The notes under the pieces were generated by a model that worked only from the letters and a program-made list of their open reading frames with translations, was not told where the DNA came from and made no database searches. Both the position numbers and the translations under genes were made by a program. From Octopus sinensis (Eukaryota), in assembly GCF_006345805.1 (NCBI RefSeq), contig NW_021832552.1:22262-86261 (forward strand): a DNA stretch of 64,000 nt, in the 5' to 3' direction. This document shows, piece after piece, positions 1-10,545 of this stretch (positions are counted from its first letter, which is position 1; each line of letters begins with the position of its first letter).

Positions 1-290
1 TCCTGGTTCAGTGCCACTGCGTGGTACTTTAAGCAAGTGTCTTCTACTATAGCCTCGGTCTGGCCAAAGCCTTGTGAGTGAATTTGGTAGACGGAAACTG
101 AGAGAAGCCCATCATGTATATATATATATATATATGTGTGTGCCTTTCTCTGTCTTTGTCCCCTACCAATGCTTGACAACCGATGCTGGTGTGTTTACAT
201 CCCAGTAACTTAGCGGTTCAGCATCGACTAAAAAACCCTTTAAGGCGATGGTCCAGCATGGCCGCTGTCAAATGACTGAAACGAGTAAGA
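1..290 (+). mobile_element. tRNA-derived SINE family A (internal TA/TG microsatellite), partial
   Basis: GGTTCAGT B-box, GCAAGTGTCTTCTACTATAGCCTCGG and the tail CCAGCATGGCCGC..TGACTGAAAC, shared with more than 10 copies in the window. Confidence 0.85.
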
Positions 291-737
291 TATATTTATA
301 TATATAAATAATGTATAATCTTATATCCTATCATCAGAAAAAGGGAAGAACACACTATATAATGTAGTCCTAGATACAATAAATCTAGAAAAATCAAAAA
401 AAAATCTGGATGGTCGTGATTGGAATGCCTTTTGACCAGAACTGATCTGGACATACAGAACAGGTGATTACATATGTAACAAAATATAGATATAGTTATG
501 AGGGAGTCCCTGTGACCACTCATTAGAAACATCAGATTAATTCCCCCATATTAATTTTTGTTGTTCTGATTCAGCAAGTAAGATAAAGGGTGTTTCAGAA
601 GTGACCACCCATTCTTTTGTTCTTCAAGAGAGGGAGTTATGGCTGTTATTTCTTAAAAATCAAATGTTGCATTGGCAGCTTTCTTTGTTGATTCTAATAA
701 ATACCAGAAATGAGTGGAACAAACATTTCTTCATACT

Positions 738-765
<28 letters not shown>

Positions 766-768
<3 letters not shown>

Positions 769-926
769 TTCTTTACTACCCACAAGGGGCTAAACATAGA
801 GGGGACAAACAAGGACAGACTAAGGGATATTAAGTCGATTACATCGACCCCAGTGCAAAACTGGTACTTTATTTATCGACCCCAAAAGGATGAAAGGCAA
901 AGTCAACCTCAGCGGAATTTGAACTC
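766..926 (-). mobile_element. SINE family B (MetaSINE-like), 5'-truncated, abutting (TA)n
   Basis: Reverse complement of GCCTTTCATCCTTT.GGGGTCGATAAAT.AAGTACCAG and the tail GCCCCTTGTGGGTAGTAAAGAAATA. Confidence 0.85.
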
Positions 927-1854
927 TAAAAAAAAAATTGTACTTTGATCCTCCAGCAAGAGAATTATATTGTCTGTGACATTCTAGAAGAGAAATTCCC
1001 CTCCTACATCCAGTCGGAGAGTAACTTTCTGGAGGTGGTAGTTGTTCCCAATATTTATTAATCACCTCCACAATTACTAGAAATACTAATCAATTGTAAT
1101 AATGTTCATGAGTTGATTAGTCCCCAATTTACTTCCTCCCTTCCTCAACCAATCTGCAGTTCTTGTATAACTGGCCAATAAATGTAACCCATTCTTTTAT
1201 ACTTCCAGGCTCTAACCAGTCACTGTGGATACAAAAGCCAGATATTATATGTTTCATTAACATTGGTAAGTGTTTACAATTTTTTTATCTCTCTCTCTCT
1301 TTCTCTCTGTCCCTCAACCCATTGATTCACAAATAAAATTTCTAAAACTATTCTTAAGTCCATTCCTCAACTTTACAATCAAAGTGTGTTATGATACAAA
1401 GCCAACCACTTCTGTGCTAGATTTTACAATGTCTCTCAAGATTATGTTAGACTTTACAACAATTCAGTTGGGATCTTTGAAATGCTATAAACCAGTGGTT
1501 CTCAACCTTCTGTTGTTGCTCAGTACCCACTTTCACTCAATAGGGTATTACAAATGGCCTCTGTATGTTTTGCAAATAGAAAATACAACAAATTATTTTA
1601 ATGAAAGTTAATTTGATTTTGGGAACTGATTTGTTATTCATATTTTCTTATACTACCTCATCAATCATGCTCTTTGTTTGAGATATTTGTGTAGACTAGT
1701 GGCTTCTTGGTTAAATTTTTATGAAAACTGTTAAAGAAAGGAAGGATTTATATAATGAAATATTTAGACCTTAGTGCATCATCAATCCGGTTTCTGCTTT
1801 CTGATAACACATTATCCAATTCATATTCTACCCTTCACTAATTTTATCGAACTG

Positions 1855-2070
1855 TCATCATCATCATCATCATTTAACGTCCACTTTCCATGCTAGCATG
1901 GGTTGGACGATTTGACTGAGGTCTGGCGAACCAGACTCCAATCTGATCTGGCAGAGTTTCTACAGCTGGATGCCCTTCCTAACACCAACCACTCTGAGAG
2001 TGTAGTGGGTGCTTTTACGTGCCACCAGCACGAGGGCCAGTTTGGTGGTACTGGCAACGGCCACGCCCAA
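1855..2070 (-). mobile_element. RTE-type retroposon family C with (GAT)n tail
   Basis: CATCATCAT-TTAACGTCC..CCATGCTAGCATGG..GGATGCCCTTCCTAAC, found in multiple copies. Confidence 0.8.
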
Positions 2071-2649
2071 AAATATAACTATTGTAACTGCTTGAAGTAT
2101 TTTGTTTCTAAGAAAACTCTCAACCCCTTCTCAGCACTCTCTTGTAAGCTCACAAATCCTTTAAGGAGTCGACTGCATAGATTTTACAGTGTCTGTCAAA
2201 ACTATGTAGTACAATATTAGTCTTTGCAAAATACCTTATTTGCTCTATTATTAGGATTTCTTTTTATCTTTCTCATGTTGGTTTGTGAATATAGTTTGGG
2301 CAAAGTATCTGAAGACATTCAACAAAGATATGAAAAGTGATGCATATTTAAGAAAGCTGTGTGCAGTTGCTTTTATCTTCAAATCATCATATATGTACAT
2401 TAAATACTTAATCCAGATTTCTGTATTGTTAGATGGATAAGATAGCTGTTCTCATGGTCCAGAGAGTAGTCAATTCTAGAAAACTTTCCTCAGTCTCTGG
2501 TTCCTGAAACCCAAGAGAAGAAATATACTTAGAGAAATATTACAAAATGTTTGCTTTGGATTTGAACTCATTCACCTAAAATTCCATTTACCAATGCTAT
2601 ATTCTTGTGTTCTCATGAGAATGTGTTTGGAAAATTGTGTATATATTTT

Positions 2650-2972
2650 ACCCGTGCCAGTGACACGTAAAAAGCACTGTCTGAACGTGGCAGATGCCAG
2701 CGCTGCCTGACTGGCATCCGTGTCGGTGACACGTAAAAGCACCAACTGATCGTGGTCATTTGCCAGCCTGCTCTGGCCCCTGTGCCAGTGGCACGTAAAA
2801 AAAACCCACTACACTCACAGAGTGGTTGGCATAAGGAAGGGCATCCAGCTATAGAAACACTGCCAAATCAGACTGGAGCCTGGTGCAGCCTCCATGGCTT
2901 CCAGACCCCAGTTGAACTGTCCAACCTATGCTAGCATAGAAAACGGACGTTAAATGATGATGATGATGATGA
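2650..2972 (+). mobile_element. RTE-type retroposon family C, + orientation, with ~60-bp internal repeats
   Basis: GTGGCACGTAAAA repeats, GGAAGGGCATCCAGCT, and the tail GGACGTTAAATGATGATG. Confidence 0.8.
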
Positions 2973-3164
2973 TTTTACATTCTGCTGCAGTATCTGAACA
3001 CAGGCGTTATACTTAACAACCACTTGGATCAGAATTAAATTTCCTTGCACAGCCCATTAGGGAAGGTATTTTCCACCAAAGTCTCAGGCTGAATAACTTA
3101 TGAGTGGAATTTGGTTGTGAAGAAGCCATCATATGAATACATTGTGTGTGTGTGAAGGATGTAA

Positions 3165-3882
3165 ACATCATCATCATCATCATTTAGCGTCCGTTTTCCA
3201 TGCTAGCATGGGTTGGACGGTTCAACTGGGGTCTGGGGAGCCCGAAGGCTGCACCAGGCCAGTCAGATCTGGCAGTGTTTCTACAGCTGGATGCCCTCCT
3301 AACGCCAACCACTCCGAGAGTGTAGTGGGTGATTTTATGTGCCACCGACACAGGGCCAGACGAGGCTGGCGACGGCCACGCTCGGATGGTGTTTTTATGT
3401 GCCACCGACACAGGTGCCAGACGAGGCTGGCAGACGGCCACGCTCGGATGGTGTTTTTATGTGCCACCGACACAGGTGCCAGATGAGCTGGCGACGGCCA
3501 CCTCGGATGGTGTTTGTTACGTCCCCAAAGCACGGAGGCCAGTCTATGCGGTACTGGCTACGGCCACGTTCGGATGATTTCTTGTGTGCCACCGCACTGG
3601 TACCACAAAGATACAAATTCCATTGATGTTCATCTATTTTGATTTGTTTTGATTTGATTTGATTTTCACTTGCCTCAACAGGTCTTCACAAGTGTCACAA
3701 GAAGGAAGGTATGCACAGGTGGACTGACTACGTCCCAGGTAGGGGCCACGGGTTATGGCCTGACTAGTCTTGCCGGGTCTTCGGATGGTGTTTTTATGTG
3801 CCACCGACACAGGTGCCAGATGAGGCTGGCGAACGGCCACAATCGGATGGTGTTTGTTGCGTGCCCACAGCACGGAGGCCAA
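3165..3882 (-). mobile_element. Family C element with an expanded ~60-bp tandem array
   Basis: The unit GTGCCACCGACACAGGTGCCAGACGAGGCTGGCGACGGCCACGCTCGGATGGTGTTTTTAT is repeated at 3335-3600 and 3780-3880. Confidence 0.8.
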
Positions 3883-4044
3883 ACATTTGTGAGAAAACAA
3901 GAAACCAGTTTCTTTGCAAATGAAGACCCTTGTGATAGTTGTTCTGCATCAATTTGGAAATACTACCTTGTAATTCTTGCCATCAGAAATGTTATTGGCC
4001 AATGATTAGTTGGCTGGAAGCATGAAGCAATGGAGAGTATTGTT

Positions 4045-4432
4045 CATCATCATCATCGTTTAACATCTGCTTTCTATGCTAGCATGGGTTGGACGATTTG
4101 ACTGAGGGCTGGTGAACCAGATGGCTGCACAAGGCTCCAATCTTGATTCTACAGCTGGATGCCCTTCCTACACCAACCACTCCGAGAGCGTAGTGGGTTC
4201 TTTTACGTGCCACCGGGATGGGGACCAGTCAGGCAGTACTAGCAATGACCTCACTTGAATCTTTTTACACATGCCACCGGCACAGGTACCAGTAAGGTGA
4301 CACTGTTATTGATCAATCTCGAATGGTGTGTTTTACATGCCACCGGCACAGAAGCCAGTTAGCCGCTCTGGCAATGATCACGCTCGGATGGTGCTCTTAG
4401 CACCCTACTAGCACGGGGCACAAGTGCCAGTA
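4045..4432 (-). mobile_element. Family C element
   Basis: Same tail, with diverged 60-bp repeats. Confidence 0.75.
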
Positions 4433-4676
4433 AAGCATTAAAAATGTTGTTAATGATAAAAAAAAATAACCTATATTATTCTACTGCTTGCTGCTAATTT
4501 GTTTCTTTGTTCTGGAGAAGGGATTGCCTCCTTGGTTTTTTCAAGTCCTCCAAGCCGGATGCGACCATGCTAGAGCTATATGGTTAAACTGTTGGTTTTA
4601 TTTTCAGTAAATTAACTGAATATAATTTAAAATCCCATTAACTTTAGTGAAAAGCTTGATATTCCTGTAGAGAAGA

Positions 4677-4732
4677 AAAGGTCAAGTGGGTCAGAGGTGA
4701 GAAGTTTTAAAGGTCATAGAGGTCAAAGTTGA
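4677..4732 (+). promoter_or_regulatory. Cluster of six nuclear-receptor half-sites (two AAAGGTCA NBREs, each in a DR3+DR1 arrangement)
   Basis: AGGTCA-agt-GGGTCA-g-AGGTGA (4679-4700) and AGGTCA-tag-AGGTCA-a-AGTTGA (4711-4732), about 400 bp upstream of the exon-1 ATG. Confidence 0.55.
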
Positions 4733-4814
4733 GTTTTAATTAGAATGTTATCTCATCTTTTCTCCCTTGCTGGAGAATCTACAGGCTTGGAACATTGACA
4801 TTTAAATTGCACCC

Positions 4815-5095
4815 CCTCTTTCTCTCTCTCTCTCTCTTTGTCCCTCTCACTCTCTCAATCTTACTCTCTTTGTTTCTCCTCTCTCTCACTCCCACTCTCT
4901 CTTCCTCTCTCTCACTCTTTCTCTCACTCTTTTTCTCTATCACTTTCTCTCTTTTCTCTTTCTCTTTTCTCTCTTCTCACCTTTTCTCTTTCTCTCACTT
5001 TTCTCTCTCTCACTTTCTTTTCTCTCTCTCACTTTCTCTTCTCTCTCTCACTTTCTTCTTTTTCTCTCCCACTCCACACACACACACACACACAC
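4815..5095. repeat. (CT)n-rich tract followed by (CA)n in the promoter/5'UTR region of the PPP1R3 gene
   Basis: Pyrimidine dinucleotide repeat directly upstream of exon 1. Confidence 0.85.
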
Positions 5096-5137
5096 TGTAT
5101 CCCCAGCCTCATTTACACACCTCAGACCCTCCGGCTA

Positions 5138-5154
5138 ATGAATTCAGTTAATAG
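5138..5154 (+). CDS. PPP1R3C: Coding exon 1 (MNSVN-S) of glycogen-targeting PP1 regulatory subunit
   Basis: ATGAATTCAGTTAATAG is followed by a strong donor AG|GTAAGA. A phase-2 join to the acceptor at 5969 gives AG+T (Ser), in frame with AAC ATG CTT GGA of exon 2. Vertebrate PPP1R3C also has a tiny first coding exon. Confidence 0.65.
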
Positions 5155-5534
5155 GTAAGAAGACACTGACCTATATAAAACACCCATCAAAGAACAAACA
5201 ATTTGTTTCCTGTCCTGCTAATCCCTTAATAATTTCCTCCAGTTAATCCTACTTCATCTTCACATTATTTCGATGTTATTAATAGACTTGAATTTTCACT
5301 GATCTTTTTTTAAATGTTCTGTCATTTTAGTATGTCGTTAATGTATATCCTTATCACCATCTTTTATTTCTTACTGTCCAAATTCTTGTATCCTGTCCAT
5401 CATTGATATATTGTCAGCTTCAAAGCTGAAGAATTTACTTGGCTCTGATTTCTGCTAACGTGGAACGGCATGAATATTAGTTGATAAATGCTTTCGACAG
5501 TGACAGAGAAAAGCAGATTTTCACTTAATGGGTT

Positions 5535-5850
5535 CATCATTATCGTTTAACGTCCGTTTTCCATGCTAGCACGGGCTGGACGGTTCGACCGGGGTCTGGG
5601 AAGCCAGGAGGCTGCACCAGGCTCCAGTCTGATCTGGCAGTGTTTCTACAGCTGGATGCCCTTCCTAACGCCAAACACTCCACGAGTGTAGTGGGTGCTT
5701 TTTACGTGCCACCGGCACAGGTGCCAGAGGAGTCTGGCATCGGCCACGATCGGTTGGTGCTTTTAACGTGCCATCGGCACGGAAGCCAGCCAAGGCGGCG
5801 CTGGCTTCGGCCACGTTCGGATGGTGCTTTTTATGTGCCACCGGCACAGT
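5535..5850 (-). mobile_element. Family C element inside the PPP1R3 intron
   Basis: Same motifs as other family C copies; it supplies the spurious N-terminus of ORF 5821..6930. Confidence 0.8.
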
Positions 5851-5969
5851 CGGGTGGATGGCAGGATAATTATGATGGATGTTCTTTTTTTATTTCATTT
5901 TTGCTATGTTTTTGTTTGTCATGAATCATCTATATATCTAAGAATTTTCTTAATTTTTTTTTTTTCCAG

Positions 5970-6930
5970 TAACATGCTTGGAACTGATGTGCACCTACTG
6001 CCAAACACAGGGATGCAAGTTGATTACACTACCTACATACTTTCTTCCAGTCCACCTGGAACAGGACTGGAGTTTCTTAACAGCAACATTTTCTGTGAAC
6101 CGCTTTCCAGTGCTGAACGAAGCTTTTGTGCCCATGCACCTCTTTATATTGAACAATGTATGAGCCGGAAGGCTTCAGGTGATTTAAAACCAATTATCAT
6201 CCCAGACAGCCCACAGTCCAGTTCAGAACCAACCAGTTCAGAACCAACCAGCCCAGTAAATCGTTCACCTCTACGGCCCCTGTCACCAGGGAAACAAAAG
6301 AAAAGAGTATCTTTTGCAGACTGTTTTGGCTTTGCTTTGGCCACTATTCGTGTTATGACTGAACCTTCGGATGTTCCTCCCCTAGTTCGTCCAGAGATAC
6401 TTTCCAGCCTTACAAAAGGATCATCAGCTTCAGTTACGAGCATACCTCCATTAAAGTTGTGCTTCACACAACCTGCAGCTGACTACGTTGCTTTCAGAGA
6501 CCGTGTTGAAAAGAACTTTGTTTCTCTGGAGAATGTAATTCTCAAAGACTATCAAGTTACTGGTACAGTAAAAGTAAAAAATGTTGCATTCGAGAAACAT
6601 GTATACATTAAATGTACTTTCGATTCTTGGAGCTCATCAGGAGATGTTGACGCTACCTACCTAAACACAAACGGTTGCAGTCGTTTCGACACGTTCACAT
6701 TTGAGATGAATGTACCAACAGACTTTGATATCAGAAAGCAGATCCTCTTTGCTGTTGCTTACCGGACTGATAACAAAGAGTACTGGGACAATAATTATGG
6801 TAATGACTACCTCATTGTCTCATCGTATGCAAATGAAAATCCCAAACCATCCATTGATTTTAAGTGTTCTGACATTGATACAACATTTGCTAGTTGGAAT
6901 AGTATGGACACAACAGTCCCCTATTGGTGA
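5970..6930 (+). CDS. PPP1R3C: Main coding exon of protein phosphatase 1 glycogen-targeting subunit (PPP1R3B/C-like, CBM21 domain); about 325 aa with exon 1, or 318 aa from ATG 5974
   Basis: A polypyrimidine acceptor (ttttttccag) ends at 5969. The protein has the PP1-docking RVxF motif KKRVSFAD, FTQPAADY, VSLEN, the glycogen-binding GTVKVKNVAFEKHV, and the substrate motif EYWDNNYGNDY. The N-terminal MQVD..SPP and C-terminal PYW match the family. The first ~50 aa of track ORF 5821..6930 are intronic repeat sequence. Orthology to B versus C cannot be resolved. Confidence 0.93.
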
Positions 6931-7927
6931 AGCTTCGTAAGTTTCATTAACTCCCCCATACCGTCCATCTGATAGACTTGGTGGAATATGGTGTTTCAAC
7001 ATACTCAGTTACTCACAAAATCTGCCTGTTCTAAAGAGAGGGTATAGATTATTGGATGACAGTTGTATTGGCAGATGAACACACAATGCTAAACAAAATT
7101 GTTTTACTTTTTTTTTTCATTCTAACCAGAGCTAAGCTGTGTCCATGTGAGTTTAAAAGCACGTTCCAGCCAATTAATGATGGAGCTATGTAATATTTAT
7201 TGCTTGTGTGATCTTAGTTGGGCTAGATGGCTATTAACTCTTTGACACATTTGGGGTTGATATGGGACGGTTGTGCCCACTAATCCTACCAAACAACAAA
7301 ACCAGGTGCATTCTTTCTACACTAGTGAAAGATATTTTCATTTGACAATACAATAAGAAAAGAAAAAAAACGAATATACTTATGGCAGTTCAGACAATCA
7401 ATATTTCATCAAGGTTTCTATTATTGTCTGTATCTAAATTACTACCTTAAACATTAACTAGAAAAATGTTACCTCTGTTATAAGTATTTTTCACAAAAAC
7501 CAACAGCAAATCTGAAAGGAAGGTAGAATTTGAAACATATTATACAAAGTGGCTTGTATGAATTAGGAATTTCTATAGCTCTAAAATATTAGCCTAAATG
7601 TTTTCCTAAAACATCTGATCAAATTAAGGAAAAAATAATGACCTGTCTAATTAACAAAGGCAGAAAAATATCAGCATCATCATTGTTGGTATGTCACTCC
7701 AGTATGTCTTGTGTTATAAAGCACTGTAAACTTTTTGTAAAATAATACAGGTCCAAGCGGACGTTAAATGATGATGATGATGATTATCAAAGAAGGAAAG
7801 AAAAACTTCCTTTTATCTTCAAATGATTGTTAAATTAATTTGTTAATGTGATATCTCAGTTTATATATTTATGTATTATATATATAATATACACATATAT
7901 ATATCAATAATATATACATGCACACAC

Positions 7928-7980
<53 letters not shown>

Positions 7981-8715
7981 CACACACATTCACATATATA
8001 TGTCTATATATACATATATAGCTTCTCTGCCTCTACTTTCTTAAAGGGAAATTTTTAATTTCTGGATTAATTAATTAAAGAAAAATTAATTCCTTGTTGC
8101 CTTTCTACCAATTTCTCCACATACATGTAACATCAATTTCACTGAGTAACTGAAATGAAGGGAAACAAACAAATTTTCTTTAATAGCAGAATGCAATTTG
8201 AAGATTAAAGAAATTAAATTTTTAATTCTTCTTGATGATTTTCGCTGCTACCACCAATATTCATTACAATTACACTTAACCAAATATTTTCAGTTACTCC
8301 TGTGTTTGTCCCGAATATTCTTCACATAGATAAAAAGATTTGCATTTCTTTATTTATGGAATAAATGAAGCATTTGGAAAGCAATATTGACATGCATATT
8401 TTAAATGTAGCGATTGGGTTTAATATTTTGAAATATGCTAGTATTTGCATTCCACCTACTGAAATGAAATTGCACTGTTTGTTACTGGAGATATGAGTTT
8501 GGTAAATCTATCTACTGGTGGCATAATTTCCTGTCCAGATAATTCTACCATGTATCTTTCATGTGATTGGATTGATTAATCCAATATTTTTTTCTTGAAC
8601 ACAGACCTATATATATAGGTTTATCTGCACAATTCTATACAAACAGCATCTGTGAACAATAAATGTGGCTGGGTGAATAATATGTATTTTTTTATGGTTA
8701 TCAACATACCCACAA

Positions 8716-8750
<35 letters not shown>

Positions 8751-9116
8751 GTATGTATATATAGTTATGTGTAATATATATATATGCAACACATGTTTAT
8801 TATAAACAAGTATTAATGAAATCATCAGGTTTTACTGACAAATTGATATGAATTTTATTCAAACTTGCTTGAATTTAATAAATTTGAAATATCTTAACTA
8901 TAATCTTGTCTCACTGAACTGCTCTCATCATTTTAATAGTCACAAATTTAGCCATTATAGCATTGCTATTGCCCACCACAAGCCAATGCATGTATTCAAG
9001 TAGTCATGTTCAAGGAACATCGGCACTTTGTGGGGAGACCACTTTCTACTCATGCTGTTGATTTCTTACTCTCCTCTCCACGTGTGATATGTTTATAGTG
9101 ATGTATATTTTTTTAC

Positions 9117-9122
9117 AATAAA
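9117..9122 (+). terminator. Probable polyadenylation signal of the PPP1R3 gene (3'UTR about 2.2 kb)
   Basis: AATAAA with an upstream TGTA and a downstream T/GT-rich tract. Transposon-poor unique sequence ends here. An alternative AATAAA lies near 8877. Confidence 0.5.
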
Positions 9123-9186
9123 ATATTGATTAGAAAACTTTAATCTTTATTTGTATTTCTTCTGTAAACAGACTATATCATTATCC

Positions 9187-9598
9187 GGATCTTTTCGGTT
9201 TGAACAGCAGTTTTTCTAGCGGTGTCATATGAATTGTCACCCATAATTATGACCCTAGTATTGATCTATTGCATTTCAATCTGTTTTAGGGTTAGGGGTG
9301 GGGGAAAGGGTATCTTTTTTTTTCTTCAGAAATGTAAATAAACCCAATCTGTTTCTTAAACGAGGGACATATTCATACGGCACAGAATGTTTTCATCTCA
9401 ATAGACGTCATTGATTGGTTGAAATTGCAGAAATTGAAGAAAAAAAAACAACAAATATCTTACAAACTATAGAATTTTCTCAATAAAGCCTAGAGCAAAA
9501 GATGTTTTATAAACACATTCTACCAGTATACGAAGTTTAAAAGTTTTTAGTTGCGTGGAAATTATTTTTAAAAACTGCCGTTCAAACCGAAAAGATCC
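9187..9598 (+). mobile_element. Merlin-like MITE containing telomeric TTAGGG repeats
   Basis: TIR GGATCTTTTCGGTTTGAAC(A/G)GCAGTTTTT; 8-bp TSD CATTATCC on both sides; TTAGGGTTAGGG at about 9286-9297. Confidence 0.85.
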
Positions 9599-9765
9599 CA
9601 TTATCCTTATCAAATAGTCTTTATTTCTATGTTTGTTTGTCATACAGGTTATCCCTTCATGTTGCAGTTTTTGTATCATGTTTGTTAAGAAAGCTCACTG
9701 AGATTTGATCTTATAACATCTTCCTTGTTTTTCTTTAGTCCTATTCTTTTATGGCTCTTGTTTAA

Positions 9766-9996
9766 CCCTTTCATTACCAACCCGGTTGAAACCAGCTCTG
9801 GATCTCAGTACAAATGTCTTGTTTTCATAAATTTTGAATCAAAGCCTTCCACCAAAAGAAAAAAAAAGCCTAGTCACAATTTATGTTCCTAACACCAGCT
9901 TAATGATAACTAAGTTATTTTACTAAATTCTTTGTCATATTTAAAGTAATTGAAAGAAACGCAGAGCATCTCAAAATAAATACAGTAACGAAAGGG
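9766..9996 (+). mobile_element. piggyBac-type MITE
   Basis: TTAA TSD; termini CCCTTTC.TTAC / GTAACGAAAGGG. Confidence 0.85.
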
Positions 9997-10142
9997 TTAA
10001 CCAGCACAAATTTTCAATCTGAACCACATATACATACCAGCTTAGACCTTTACACATCAGCTGACACTATTTCAATATCCAGCCACTTTCAAAGTTCTGT
10101 CAAACTGAACCAGCTCTATCTGTACATGGCACATTACATCTA

Positions 10143-10545
10143 CGAACCACATGGTTCCGGGTTCAGTCCCACTGCATGGCAACTTGAGCAAGTGTCTTCT
10201 ACTATAGCCTCGGGCCAACCAAAGCCTTGTGAGTGGATTTGGTAGACGGAAACTGAAAGAAGCCTGTTGTATATATGTATATATATATATTTATATATAT
10301 ATATGTATATATGTATATATATATATGTTTGTGTGTCTGTTTGTCCCCCCAACATCACTTGACAACCGATGCTGGTGTGTTTACGTCCCCGTCACTTAGC
10401 GGTTCGGCAAAAGAGACCGATAGAATAAGTACTGGGCTTACAAAAGAATAAGTCCCGGTGTCGAGTTGCTCGATTAAAGGCGGTACTCCAGCATGGCCAC
10501 AGTCAAATGACTGAAACAAGTAAAAGAGTAAGAGTAAAGAGTAAA
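10143..10545 (+). mobile_element. SINE family A
   Basis: Near full-length consensus match with an (AAGAGT)n tail. Confidence 0.9.

Noticed and set aside
2770-2835. Possible twister or HDV-like ribozyme in family C (GAGTG/CAC pairing before the RTE segment)
   Set aside because: The twister UAA and P2 pairing and the HDV nested pseudoknot cannot be built convincingly.
3335-3600. CRISPR-like appearance of the 60-bp repeats
   Set aside because: There are no unique spacers and no cas genes; this is a eukaryotic retroposon minisatellite.
5821-5969. N-terminal extension of the 369-aa ORF
   Set aside because: It starts inside a family C repeat and runs through the polypyrimidine tract, so it is intronic.
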